In this document: positions 24,362-34,032 of the stretch, piece after piece | How the letters are laid out: each line of letters begins with the position of its first letter | How positions within the stretch are numbered: position 1 is the stretch's first letter | Assembly (NCBI GenBank): GCA_903879915.1 | Contig: CAIRNJ010000013.1 | Span: 833 to 64,832, forward strand | Length of the DNA: 64,000 bases | Reading direction: 5' to 3' | Source of the DNA: an uncultured Elusimicrobia bacterium | GTDB lineage: Bacteria; Elusimicrobiota; Elusimicrobia; Elusimicrobiales; UBA9959 | Translations under genes and position numbers: made by a program | The notes under the pieces: generated by a model | What the model saw: the letters and a program-made list of their open reading frames with translations, nothing else | The model's database searches: none | Told to the model about the DNA's origin: nothing

Positions 24362-25801
24362 TCAGACGGCGGCTCCTTTTTCCAGCCAGCCTTCTATTAT
24401 CTTCCTGGTCTTTTTCTTTTCCAGCAGGGCGAAAACGGTCTTGAACATCCCTTTCTGCAGCGCGCACCAGGACCCGCCGGGGATATTGCCCCACGGCGAG
24501 CCCTGCACGGAGTAATTATGCACCGGGCAGACCCCGCAGAACGGCTTGAAGGCGCAGCGCGCGCAGTACGGCTGGCTTTCCAGGCAGGAGGCCATGGCGC
24601 AGAGCCTGGCGGCCGGCGCGGTCATCAGGTCCTCGAACCGGCCGGCGCGCACGCTGCCCAGGCGGAAAAGCTCGTCGCCGCAGGCGGCCGCCATGCGGCC
24701 CTCGTCGCAGGTATACACGTCGCCGTTGAAATTGTAGGCCAGCTGGCCGATGGCCGCGCCGCAGGGCGAGCGCAGGTCGAGGAAATTCGGGTCTTCCGCG
24801 CGCAGCATTTTGCGGGCCAGCAGCGCGGCGTTCCTTTCCACGAACTTCTCCCCCGCCCCGTTCACCGCCATTATGTAAGCCAGGGCGGCGCGATAGAAGC
24901 CCAGGAATTCCTCCGGGCCGTAGCCTATCTCCGGCCACGCGCCGCCGGCGTAGCCTATGGGCGAAAGCGGCCTGAGGAAGATCCCGCCCAGGCCCAGCTT
25001 TCTGTACTCGTCGACTATGCCGCGCGGGTCCGCGAGCGACAGCCGGGTGGTGGTCATCAGCGCGGAGGGCAAAGTGTCCGCGCGCCCGTCACGGCCGGCC
25101 GCGGCCGCGAACCTTTTAAGCCAGTGCACGGCCTTCGCGTGAGAGGACCCGCCGGACCAGCGCCGGTTGGCGTCGTGCAGCCGGGCGGGGCCGTCCAGGG
25201 AGGTGCAGACGGACACTCCTTCCTTTACCAAAAAATTAAATTTATCCTCGTCCATCAGGCTCAGGTTCGTCACCACGGAGAGCGCCAGGTCCTTGCCCGC
25301 TTTCAGGTTCTTTTTTTTCGCGTAAAGCACGGTGTCCCTGAGCACCGGCCAGTTCAGCAGGGCCTCGCCGCCCTGGAACTCCAGCGAGAGCTTGTTATTG
25401 GGAGAGGCAAAGGCGGTATCCACTGACTTTCTGGCGGTGGCGCGGCTCATGTCCGAGTTCTTCCCCGCCCCGCCGGCCGTGGCCCGGCAGTAGACGCAGG
25501 CGTGGTTGCACTTCAGCGTGAGCACCAGGATGTGCAGGCCCGGCCCGCCGTAAACGCCGGCCGAGAGCCCCCTGGCCCGCGCGGCCTCGGCCTCGAAATC
25601 AAGCCGCCCGCGCAGCAGGCCGGCCGCCTCGAGCCTGCGGAAAAGAACGGACCCTTCTTTGACCTTGCCCGCCCCGAAAAGCCGGAATTCCGCCGGGGTC
25701 AGCCGCAGCGCCGGCCCGAAAGGGCCGCTCACTATATAGCCGGCTCCGTCCCGCTCGAAACGGAAGTCAAAAGGCGCGGCGGAGTTTTTCATGGTTCTCA
25801 T
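24362..25801 (-). CDS. HxsB-like radical SAM/SPASM maturase (N-terminal ~90-aa extension)
   Basis: 479 aa; FDFRFERDGAGYIVS... extension; LTLKCNHACVYC; EFQGGEALLN; C-terminal SPASM-type cysteines CARCAFKPFCGVCPVHNY; paralogue of 39085 and 53323. Confidence 0.7.
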   Translation of the reverse strand: MRTMKNSAAPFDFRFERDGAGYIVSGPFGPALRLTPAEFRLFGAGKVKEGSVLFRRLEAAGLLRGRLDFEAEAARARGLSAGVYGGPGLHILVLTLKCNHACVYCRATAGGAGKNSDMSRATARKSVDTAFASPNNKLSLEFQGGEALLNWPVLRDTVLYAKKKNLKAGKDLALSVVTNLSLMDEDKFNFLVKEGVSVCTSLDGPARLHDANRRWSGGSSHAKAVHWLKRFAAAAGRDGRADTLPSALMTTTRLSLADPRGIVDEYRKLGLGGIFLRPLSPIGYAGGAWPEIGYGPEEFLGFYRAALAYIMAVNGAGEKFVERNAALLARKMLRAEDPNFLDLRSPCGAAIGQLAYNFNGDVYTCDEGRMAAACGDELFRLGSVRAGRFEDLMTAPAARLCAMASCLESQPYCARCAFKPFCGVCPVHNYSVQGSPWGNIPGGSWCALQKGMFKTVFALLEKKKTRKIIEGWLEKGAAV

Positions 25802-25802
25802 T

Positions 25803-26525
25803 TTACCCGCGGTTCCACGCCCCGGCGCGCCTGCGGCCGCGGACCACCCTGAATTTCTCGACCTTCAGCAGCTCCTGCCCCGCTATGCGGCCCGGGACCA
25901 GCTTCAAAGGGATCACCCGCCCGGCAAAAGCCGGGCTTTCCAGCACCAGCGTCTGGAGGTCGCTGCCGTCCACGGTGCGGCCGGCCTTCTTTTCCGCGGA
26001 GAGATAAGCGAGGAATTCCCCGTCCAGCTCGCGGCCCAGCCAGCGCCTGTCCACTTTTTTCGCCTCGACCCCGGTAATGAGGGCGCGCACGCCCAGTTCC
26101 AGGCAGAGCCGCACCGCGTAGATCAGGTCGAAGCCTATTACCGGGGCGTCCAGGCCGAACCCCGCCCTGGCCGCCGCCTTCCGCCAGGAGTCTATCTTCC
26201 CGCCGCAGCGGCAGCGCGCCACGCCCGAGACCAGCGTGTCCGCCCCGCAGGCTTCGCGGGCCGCGCGCGCCATAAGCGCCACGTTCCGCGCCAGGGCTTT
26301 TACCCTGAAGTCCGGCCCGGTCTTCAGGATAACGGCCGGGACGCCCAGCAGCCCGGCGTGGGCCGCCACGAGCTCCGGTTTCCTGTAGTCGTTGAAATAT
26401 TCCGCGTGCCCGGCGCCTCCGTCGAAACTGACAAGGCAGGCGATCTTCGCCCCGGAGGACGCGGCTTCGAGCAAAGCCAGGTGGCTGTCCTTGCCGCCGC
26501 TGTAGATCACCGCGCATTTTTTCAT
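25803..26525 (-). CDS. PP-loop ATP pyrophosphatase, DUF71 / diphthine-ammonia-ligase (Dph6)-like
   Basis: 240 aa from ATG 26525; MKKCAVIYSGGKDS PP-loop; preferred over two overlapping alternative-frame ORFs. Confidence 0.6.
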   Translation of the reverse strand: MKKCAVIYSGGKDSHLALLEAASSGAKIACLVSFDGGAGHAEYFNDYRKPELVAAHAGLLGVPAVILKTGPDFRVKALARNVALMARAAREACGADTLVSGVARCRCGGKIDSWRKAAARAGFGLDAPVIGFDLIYAVRLCLELGVRALITGVEAKKVDRRWLGRELDGEFLAYLSAEKKAGRTVDGSDLQTLVLESPAFAGRVIPLKLVPGRIAGQELLKVEKFRVVRGRRRAGAWNRG

Positions 26526-26638
26526 TTGCCGCCCGTTGTTTTCCACGCGCTTTTTACCGCCCAGGCCGGCCGCAAGGCCCGCCGCCGCTTTATATTGTAC
26601 TACATTGTTTTTTTGCGGCGGGCGGAAGGCCCGGCCCG

Positions 26639-28072
26639 TCAATCGTAGAGGGCGCGCACCATTTCCCACGGATGCGCGGCCTTCGCCGGGGTGACCGACA
26701 GCACGGACCTGGCCATGTTCAGGTACAGGGTCCGGTACCACTCCCGCTGCACCGGCGTACCGAACAGCAGCTTTTTGAACTGTTTAGGATGCAGCAGGTA
26801 GTTCCGGTGGAACCTGCGGTACTGCTTAAGGATGTGGGCCTTGCTCGGGATGAACTTCACGGTGTTATGGTAGAACATGTCGCCGCCGGGCAGGTCGAGC
26901 TGGGCCGTGGCGCGCGAGAAATCCGCCGTGCCGTGGCGCGGCTCGAAGATGGAGATGATCGGATAATCCGTCAGCTCGTCCGCGGCGCGGAACACGGCGT
27001 CCGTCTCCTCCTGCGTTTCATCCATGTAGCCTACCATCATGAAGCCGGCTATGAAGATGCCGGCCGCGCGCAGTATCTCCACGGCCCTGCGGCTGGTCTC
27101 CCCGTCGCTGGCCTTGGCGAAATCGGTCAGGATGCGGTTCACCGTGGTCTCTATGCCCAGCAGCGCCACGCGCATGCCGGCCCTGTAGGCGAGCTTCATC
27201 AGCTCCGGCGACCTGGCCACGGTGTCCGGGCGTATGAAAACTATGAAGTTCAGCTTGAGGTTCTCCCGCAGAATGCCCTCGAATATTTCGGTATAGCGCG
27301 CGGGGTCCGCGCAGAAGTTGTCGTCGGAGAACCAGATCCTGGTGAAGCCCAGGCGGTTCAGCGTGCGCAATTCCTCCAGCACGCGCGCCGGGCTCTTGAA
27401 GCGCTGCGTGTGCCCCCACATCTCGCTGGCCGCGCAGAAGCGGCAGCGGTGCTGGCAGCCGCGCGAGGTTTCGGCCGTGGTCGCGTAGCCTTTTATGGGC
27501 AGCGGCAGGCCGTAAAGCCCCGGGTCGTAAATGGTCCAGTCCGGCATCGGCAGGTCGTCCAGGTCGGCCGCCAGCTGTCTGGCCGGGTTCCGCCTGTAAT
27601 TCCTTTCGCCGTCCTTCCAGGACAGGCCAGCTATGCCGTCGTAAGGCCCGCCCTTCCCGATGGCGGCGAGCAGCTCCGTTATGGTCCGCTCGCCTTCGTT
27701 CCTGACCACGAAATGCGCGCCGCGGCCGAGCCATTCGAAATCGTAAGCGGTGGCGTGGTGGCCGCCCAGTATTATCGGCTTGCCGGGCGCCGTGTCCAGC
27801 AGGTGCCTGACGTTCGCCTCCACGTTGAGCGCGCCTATGCTGGAATGCGCGTTGACCAGCACCGCGTCGGCCTCCCGGGCCCGCCGCGTGAGCTCGGCCA
27901 GCGTATAGTCGCCGGCCAGGCCGTCCATGAACTCCGCGTCGTAGCCCTTCAGCGCGCCGCGCAGCTGCGCGAAGGCCAGCGTGGGAGAATTGCCGAGCAG
28001 CCCGGTGAAATCGTCCGGCATGGGCCAGCGCTCGTAAACGCGCAGCGGCTGCAGCATCAGTATCTTCTTCAT
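26639..28072 (-). CDS. B12-binding-domain (class B) radical SAM protein, subtype A
   Basis: 477 aa from ATG 28072 (overlaps upstream stop, TGATG); ILGGHHAT in N-terminal Rossmann-like domain; SRGCQHRCRFC. Confidence 0.75.
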   Translation of the reverse strand: MKKILMLQPLRVYERWPMPDDFTGLLGNSPTLAFAQLRGALKGYDAEFMDGLAGDYTLAELTRRAREADAVLVNAHSSIGALNVEANVRHLLDTAPGKPIILGGHHATAYDFEWLGRGAHFVVRNEGERTITELLAAIGKGGPYDGIAGLSWKDGERNYRRNPARQLAADLDDLPMPDWTIYDPGLYGLPLPIKGYATTAETSRGCQHRCRFCAASEMWGHTQRFKSPARVLEELRTLNRLGFTRIWFSDDNFCADPARYTEIFEGILRENLKLNFIVFIRPDTVARSPELMKLAYRAGMRVALLGIETTVNRILTDFAKASDGETSRRAVEILRAAGIFIAGFMMVGYMDETQEETDAVFRAADELTDYPIISIFEPRHGTADFSRATAQLDLPGGDMFYHNTVKFIPSKAHILKQYRRFHRNYLLHPKQFKKLLFGTPVQREWYRTLYLNMARSVLSVTPAKAAHPWEMVRALYD

Positions 28073-29508
28073 CAGCTCTCCTTGAGGCGGCGGAAAGAGG
28101 CGTAATTGCGGAACAGGTTGAATACCCGCGCCGGGATCTCCCAGCCGAAAGGGCCGTCCCTGACTATGCGGTAAGCCCGCGCGGGGTTGAGATAGAAACC
28201 GTAATAGGCCCACCGGTAAAGCATGCGGTAGGTGCGGTCGGACATGGCGCTGGCGTTGAAGGGCGCGCCGAAATACTCAAAATCGATCGGGTTCACGTCG
28301 GAACGCAGCTTGCCGGCCTTCGCGAACATGTCGTACATCTCGGTATTGCGGAAAGGGTTGGGGTTGAAGAACATCGCGAGGTGCAGGCGCGAGGCGTGCG
28401 CGAAGCGTATGGTGGCGCGCAGCTCGGCCTCGGTCTCCGTCGGCAGGCCCAGCATGAAGAAGCCGCGGGTAAAGATGCGCCGGTCGGCCAGCATGTCTAT
28501 GGTGCGGCTTACCCTGGCCAGGGAAAGGTTCTTCTTCAGCAGCTTCTGCAGGCGCTCCGAGACCGTTTCCACCGCCACGGACACCTCGCCGACCCCGACG
28601 CGCTTGAGCAGGTCCACGGAGGATTCGCGGATCAGGTCGGCGCGCACGGCGTTGGGGAAGCTCAGCACCGACTGCAGGTTCCGCTCCAGCAGCATTTCCA
28701 GCATGCGGTCGAAGCGGTCCGGGTCGAAATTGGAGATATCGTCCAGCACCTCTATGCTCTTCGTGCCCAGCCGGTGTATCATGGCCACTTCTTCGGCCAC
28801 GTTCTCGGGGGAGCGGGCGCGGAAGGTCTTGCCGAAGATCTGGTGGCAGAACACGCAATGGTACGGGCAGCCGCGCGAGGTGAAGATCGGCATGTACGGC
28901 CTTATGCCCACCGAGGCCATGCCGCCTATTTTCCAGAACTTTTTATAGTCTATCAGGTCCCAGGCCGGGAAGGGCAGCGAGTCCAGGTCCGTTATGGGGG
29001 CCCGGGGCGCGGAAAGCTCCGTTCTTCCGTCGCAGCGGAAAGCCAGGCCGGCCACCGCGCGCAGCGCCGCCGGCTCGAGCCAGCGCGGGCCTTCTTCCGC
29101 GATGACGCGCACCAGCTCGGTGAAAGTCTCCTCGCCCTCGCCTATAACGGCCGCGTCCACGCTGGCGTCCGCAAGCGCGCCGGCCGGGTCCGAAGTGGCG
29201 TGCGGACCGCCCATGACCACCGGCGTACCCGGGCTTTCGGCCTTTACGGCGGCGGCTATCCTGTGGGCCAGGAAGGATTCGGCCGTGAGCGAGCTTATGC
29301 CCACGACGTCAGGCTTCAGCCCGCGCAGCGCCGAGCGCACGGCCCCGAGCGCGTCAGGCTCCAGCGCCGCGTCCACCACGCGCACCACGGCGCCGAGGCG
29401 CTGCCTGAGGCGGGCGGCGATGTAAAGTATGCCCAGCGGCGGCGTGGTTCCGTTTATCTTGGAGACCAGGCTGCGGCTTTTGACCAGCAGCACCAGCGGT
29501 TTTTTCAT
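28072..29508 (-). CDS. B12-binding-domain (class B) radical SAM protein, subtype B
   Basis: 478 aa; VMGGPHAT; SRGCPYHCVFC; about two-thirds identical by eye to 34029-35477. Confidence 0.75.
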   Translation of the reverse strand: MKKPLVLLVKSRSLVSKINGTTPPLGILYIAARLRQRLGAVVRVVDAALEPDALGAVRSALRGLKPDVVGISSLTAESFLAHRIAAAVKAESPGTPVVMGGPHATSDPAGALADASVDAAVIGEGEETFTELVRVIAEEGPRWLEPAALRAVAGLAFRCDGRTELSAPRAPITDLDSLPFPAWDLIDYKKFWKIGGMASVGIRPYMPIFTSRGCPYHCVFCHQIFGKTFRARSPENVAEEVAMIHRLGTKSIEVLDDISNFDPDRFDRMLEMLLERNLQSVLSFPNAVRADLIRESSVDLLKRVGVGEVSVAVETVSERLQKLLKKNLSLARVSRTIDMLADRRIFTRGFFMLGLPTETEAELRATIRFAHASRLHLAMFFNPNPFRNTEMYDMFAKAGKLRSDVNPIDFEYFGAPFNASAMSDRTYRMLYRWAYYGFYLNPARAYRIVRDGPFGWEIPARVFNLFRNYASFRRLKES

Positions 29509-30923
29509 GATACCCTGGCCCTCCAGCCGAGAGCCTGGGCGGCCTTCCCCAGCACGAAATAGACGGCGCCGCGGTAAGCCCGGCGCATGAAGGTGCGTAT
29601 TACCCGGTTGGGATGCGCCAGCGTGAAAAGCGTGTCCGGCAGGGCGTAATGCAGGGCCAGCAGGCCGAAATAGCCCAGCTGCACCAGTCCCGGGTTATGG
29701 GCGCCGCTGATGAGGTATTTGCCCTCGTAAAAATCGGCCGGGTCCCTTGAGCTGAGCTGCCCGGAGCCGGCCAGGTCCTCATAGAGCCGCGAGCCCGGCA
29801 CCGGCGTGTAGATGGTCATGCGGAAAACATCCGAGTTGCGCCGGCCGTGGAAGAAAGTGGCCAGGTTGTCCCTGAGCCCGCTGGCCGGCCCGCCGAACAC
29901 GTGCGTGCCGTATACCGCCACGCCGTTGCGGCGCAGTATCCGGGAGGCCTCGCGGTTTATCCGCGCGGAGTTGCCCTTGGCGTACTCCTCCTGCACGGCG
30001 GAGGTGTAGCCCTCGAAGCCCACCACGGCCATGAACATGCCGGCGCGCGCGCCCGCTTCTACCAGGTCCGGGTTGGCGAGTATAATGTCGGCGCGCATCT
30101 GCACGCCGAAGCGCAGGTCCATCCTTTCGCGCAGCATGGTCTCGAAGATCTCGCGGGCTATCTGCGGCCTGGTCGCGAAAGAGTCGTCGTTGAACGAGAA
30201 CTCGGTGACGCCCAGGGCCTTCAGCCGGCGCAGCTCGTCCAGTATCCGCCCGGCGGATTTATAGCGCGGCGCCCCGTAGTAGCCGGGGATCGAGCAAAAG
30301 GTGCAGCGGAACGGGCAGCCGCGCGTGGTCTCCACGGCGGCGAAAAGGCCGTTCGAGAAGGAGGCCTTTTTCAGCGAGCCTTCCCAGCAGGGCATCGGCA
30401 GGCTGTCCAGGTCGCAGGCCACGCGCTCCGTCGCGGAGCGCTTCATGGTGCCGTCGGCCGCGCGCCAGGCGCAGCCTTTCAGGCCGTCGAGAGAGGCGCC
30501 GGAGAGCAGGGCTTCCGCCAGGGGGACCACGGTAGCCTCGGCTTCGTACAGCGCCACGGCGTCGAAGGGGCCGGCGGGACCGAGAAAGAGCTCGGGACAG
30601 AAAGTGGGGGCCTGGCCGCCGGCCAGCAGCTTCACCCGGGGATAGCGGCGCCGTACCGCGCGGGCGGTCGCTATCACTACCGGCGCGTTGGCCAGCTCGG
30701 AGTTGGAGAAGCCTATTATGTCCGGCTTGAATTCGTCTATCGCCCGCAGGAGCTCCGGGTGCATGGGCGGCAAATGCTGCACGTCCGCTATCCTCGCCTC
30801 GTGGCCGGCGGCGCGCAGCACGCCGGCGAGTATCTGCAGGCCCAGCGGCGGGATGTTGGGGAACAGCACCTGAAGGGTGTGGAACGGAAGCCAGGGGGGC
30901 GTAGTAAGGAGTATTTTTGCCAT
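29505..30923 (-). CDS. B12-binding-domain (class B) radical SAM protein, subtype C
   Basis: 472 aa; LLAGGQAPT; TRGCPFRCTFC; ATGA overlap with the downstream gene. Confidence 0.75.
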   Translation of the reverse strand: MAKILLTTPPWLPFHTLQVLFPNIPPLGLQILAGVLRAAGHEARIADVQHLPPMHPELLRAIDEFKPDIIGFSNSELANAPVVIATARAVRRRYPRVKLLAGGQAPTFCPELFLGPAGPFDAVALYEAEATVVPLAEALLSGASLDGLKGCAWRAADGTMKRSATERVACDLDSLPMPCWEGSLKKASFSNGLFAAVETTRGCPFRCTFCSIPGYYGAPRYKSAGRILDELRRLKALGVTEFSFNDDSFATRPQIAREIFETMLRERMDLRFGVQMRADIILANPDLVEAGARAGMFMAVVGFEGYTSAVQEEYAKGNSARINREASRILRRNGVAVYGTHVFGGPASGLRDNLATFFHGRRNSDVFRMTIYTPVPGSRLYEDLAGSGQLSSRDPADFYEGKYLISGAHNPGLVQLGYFGLLALHYALPDTLFTLAHPNRVIRTFMRRAYRGAVYFVLGKAAQALGWRARVS

Positions 30924-30943
30924 TGCAGCTGTTTTTAACTATA

Positions 30944-32503
30944 TCACATGCGGCCGCCGCGTAAAAGTCCCCGGCCCGGATGCCGGCCGGTACGGCGGGC
31001 CAAAGCGGCCATGCGCTCTTCGGAAGTATGCTTGCGCACCAGCGCGTCCTGCAGCCCGGCGGGCGGGACCCCTTTGAAATTGAGCAGCGTCAGGTAATCC
31101 TTCAGGCCGTCCAGCGTGAGCGCCGCGAATTCCTTCAGCAGGAAACGGTACATGTGCCGCACGAAGAGGCGCTTGGACTCCTTGCCCGAGAAGGCCTGGA
31201 ACGGGAGCCTGAAGAGCAGCTGCCGCATGAACAGCTGCATCGCTCTCGGCACGTTCTTCTCTGCGCCCTTCAGGCTGGGGATGCGCACGTCGTGGTAGAA
31301 CATGTCCTTGGCCAGCAGGCCGCGCTGCTCGTAGTCGTCGTAATCCGGCGTGCCCTTCATCGGCTGCAGGGCGTTCACCAGCGGGATATCGCACCACTGC
31401 TGGTGCAGCCGCATCGTCTCCGGGATATCCTCCACGCGCTCGCCCGGGTGGCCTACCAGCAGGAAACCGAAAACCAGTATCCCCGCCCTGTCCAGCAGGC
31501 GGAAGATCTCCGGGTAGGTGGACACCTCGGCGCCGCCGTCCGGGCCCTTGCCCCAGCGGCTGAGCATTTGCTGGCTGGGCGATTCAAAACCGACGAAGAC
31601 CGACTTGCAGCCGGAGCGGGCCAGCAGTTCCGGCAGCGCGGGCTCCCTGATTATGGAATCCACGCGCATGAACGACATCCAGTGCATGTCTATGCCGGCC
31701 TTTATCATCGCGCGCGCCAGCTCCATGTGGTACTCCGGCGGGTTGCCGAAGCCGTCGCCGACGAAGAGCAGCTGGTCCGCCCCCATGGCCGCCAGCTTCT
31801 TAAGGTCGTCCAGCACCCTGGGGATGGCCCGGTAGCGCTGCCTGCCGTCCCACATGCGCGTGGCCAGACAGAAGGAACAGCTGTTGGTGCAGCCGCGCGA
31901 GGTCTCGAGCGAGACGGTGAGGCCGCGGCGGCGGGTGAACTGGCGGTAGCAGCCGAGGTCCATCAGGTCCCAGCGCGGAAAAGGCAGGCTGTCCAGGTCC
32001 GGCACGAGTTCGCGCGCGGGAGTGCGCACGATCTTTCCGCCCTCGGCGAAAGAGATCCCGTTCACGCCGTGGAAGCTGCGCTTTTTTTCAATACATTCGA
32101 GCAGTTCCGCCATGGTATGCTCGCCTTCGCCGTGCACGATCACGGAGGCCCCGCGCGCCAGCCACTCGCCCGGGTAGAAGGTCGGGTGGTGTCCGCCCAT
32201 TATTATCGGCACGCCGGGCCTGAGCCGGCGCACAAGGCGCACGGTTATCTCGGCGTTGAGCGCCAGCTGCGAAGCCGAGCAGGTGATGCCCACCGCGTCG
32301 GCCTCCGCCACCCAGCGCCCGAATTCCTTCAGGTCGATACCGGAGGCTATCGGGTCCAGTATGCGCACCTTCCAGGACGGGCCGGCCATGGCCGCCAGCT
32401 GGGCCAGCGTGACGGGCGGATGCGGGCCCCAGACCATGGGGAAGTCGTTGGCGGACATGAAGCGCGGGACCGCCCGCAGCGGGGTCGTGAGCAGAAGGTT
32501 CAT
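30944..32503 (-). CDS. B12-binding-domain (class B) radical SAM protein, subtype A
   Basis: 519 aa; IMGGHHPT; SRGCTNSCSFC; similar to 26639 and 32500 (GEGEHTMAELL / DLDSLPFPRWDL). Confidence 0.75.
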   Translation of the reverse strand: MNLLLTTPLRAVPRFMSANDFPMVWGPHPPVTLAQLAAMAGPSWKVRILDPIASGIDLKEFGRWVAEADAVGITCSASQLALNAEITVRLVRRLRPGVPIIMGGHHPTFYPGEWLARGASVIVHGEGEHTMAELLECIEKKRSFHGVNGISFAEGGKIVRTPARELVPDLDSLPFPRWDLMDLGCYRQFTRRRGLTVSLETSRGCTNSCSFCLATRMWDGRQRYRAIPRVLDDLKKLAAMGADQLLFVGDGFGNPPEYHMELARAMIKAGIDMHWMSFMRVDSIIREPALPELLARSGCKSVFVGFESPSQQMLSRWGKGPDGGAEVSTYPEIFRLLDRAGILVFGFLLVGHPGERVEDIPETMRLHQQWCDIPLVNALQPMKGTPDYDDYEQRGLLAKDMFYHDVRIPSLKGAEKNVPRAMQLFMRQLLFRLPFQAFSGKESKRLFVRHMYRFLLKEFAALTLDGLKDYLTLLNFKGVPPAGLQDALVRKHTSEERMAALARRTGRHPGRGLLRGGRM

Positions 32504-34032
32504 CGGCCGGCCTTCCGCGCGAGCCGCGCGATATTTTTTCCCGAAAGATATTTCCCGCGCAGGTATTCGATAAGCCCCTCTTCGCCGGCGCGGCGGCCTT
32601 TTAAAAGGAACCAGAAAAAGTCTCCCAGGTTCTGCGGGTTCGCCCTGGGGAGGCCGCCGGCGAACCAGGAGTACAGGGCTATTTCCACCGGCCGCAGCTC
32701 CGGGTCCAGCATGCGCCGCAGCGCGCGGACGGGATTCAAAAGGTAGCGCAGGAAAAAGCGGTTGTAGGCGGCCAGTATAGGCCTGGTGCCGCGCACCGCC
32801 ACCGTGAAGGAGTCGTGGTAGAACATCTCCTTGGCCAGCAGGCCGTCCTGCCTGGTCTTGCGGTAGCCGGCCGTGCCGGGCAGCGGCTTGTACACCGTTA
32901 CCACGGGGTAATCGCAGAAGCGGTGGGCGTTCTCAAGGGTCTGTACGGCCGAAGCCTGGCTCTGGCCCGGGTAGCCGATAACGAAAAAGCCGAAAACGGC
33001 GATCCCGGCGCTTTTAAGAAAACGGTACTCCTCCTCGTAAGACGGCAGGCCGGTGAAAGCCGCGTTGCCCTTGTTGAACTGCCTGAGATCGGCGCCCTCC
33101 ACGCTTTCGAAGCCCACGCAGGCGAACTTGAGCCCCGAGCCGGCGGCTTCGCGCAGCAGGCCGTGGTTGGCGCGAATGTAGTCATGGCGGAAAAAACCGC
33201 CCCAGTCGAAGCGCAGGTCCTCGCGGCGCATGCCTTCGTAAACTTTCGCCTGCCGGCCGGTGTCCAGGCTCGAGCCGTAATTATCGTCCACCACGAAAAG
33301 CTGCGTCACGCCGTTCTTCCTGAGCAGGCGCATTTCCTCCAGCACGCGTTCGGGGGATTTGAAGCGGTGGGTGTTCTTCCACATCGGGCCGACCTGGCAG
33401 AAAGCGCAGTGCTGCTCGCAGCCGCGCCCGGTCTCCAGGCAGGCGGCCCGGCCCGGCCTGCGGAAATAAAGGTTATAGCCGGAGAAATCGACCAGGTCCC
33501 AGCGCGGCAGCGGCAGGCTGTCCAGGTCCTGTATGAAAGGCCGGTCCGGGTTCCTGCGCGCCGCCCCGCCGCGGTCCCGCCAGGAGAGCCCGGCGACCCC
33601 GGCAAGCGGGGCGCCGGACTCCAGCGCGCCCACCAGTTCCGGGAAGGTCCGCTCGCCCTCGCTGCGCACTACGGCGTCGGCGCCGCGCTCCAGCCACTGG
33701 ACGTCCTGGAAGGTGGCGTGGTGCCCGCCCAGCACCACGGGCAGCGCCGGCCTGAGCTCCTTTATAAAGCGCAGGTTCAGCTCCGTGTTGAGCGCCGCGT
33801 AGGAGCACATCACGTTCATGCCGATAACGTCCGCCCAGCGTATCAGCGCGGCGTATTCTTTAAGCGGGACGTCGTAGGCGTTGCCGTCGTGTATGCGCAC
33901 CTCGTGCCCTTTCAGGGAGGCGGCCAGCTGCGGCATGGTGACAGGCGCGGCGTTGGTCACCATCTTGGTGGTGTCCGGGGTGGTGGGCCAGCGCCTGTAC
34001 AGGGCCTGCGGCGTGAGTATCAGTACTTTCAT
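32500..34032 (-). CDS. B12-binding-domain (class B) radical SAM protein, subtype A
   Basis: 510 aa; VLGGHHAT; GRGCEQHCAFC; ATGA overlaps at both ends. Confidence 0.75.
   Translation of the reverse strand: MKVLILTPQALYRRWPTTPDTTKMVTNAAPVTMPQLAASLKGHEVRIHDGNAYDVPLKEYAALIRWADVIGMNVMCSYAALNTELNLRFIKELRPALPVVLGGHHATFQDVQWLERGADAVVRSEGERTFPELVGALESGAPLAGVAGLSWRDRGGAARRNPDRPFIQDLDSLPLPRWDLVDFSGYNLYFRRPGRAACLETGRGCEQHCAFCQVGPMWKNTHRFKSPERVLEEMRLLRKNGVTQLFVVDDNYGSSLDTGRQAKVYEGMRREDLRFDWGGFFRHDYIRANHGLLREAAGSGLKFACVGFESVEGADLRQFNKGNAAFTGLPSYEEEYRFLKSAGIAVFGFFVIGYPGQSQASAVQTLENAHRFCDYPVVTVYKPLPGTAGYRKTRQDGLLAKEMFYHDSFTVAVRGTRPILAAYNRFFLRYLLNPVRALRRMLDPELRPVEIALYSWFAGGLPRANPQNLGDFFWFLLKGRRAGEEGLIEYLRGKYLSGKNIARLARKAGR

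Noticed and set aside
20358-28213. N-terminal extensions of several track ORFs (for example 19164-20516, 20354-21460, 21361-22497, 22317-23534, 25803-26741, 26639-28213; likewise 44121-46055, 51994-53241, 58288-59682 elsewhere)
   Set aside because: The extensions are Arg/Gly/Ala/Pro-rich read-through into the upstream gene. Internal ATGs give MKK-type N-termini, paralogue-consistent starts and ATGA/TGATG coupling with the upstream stop.
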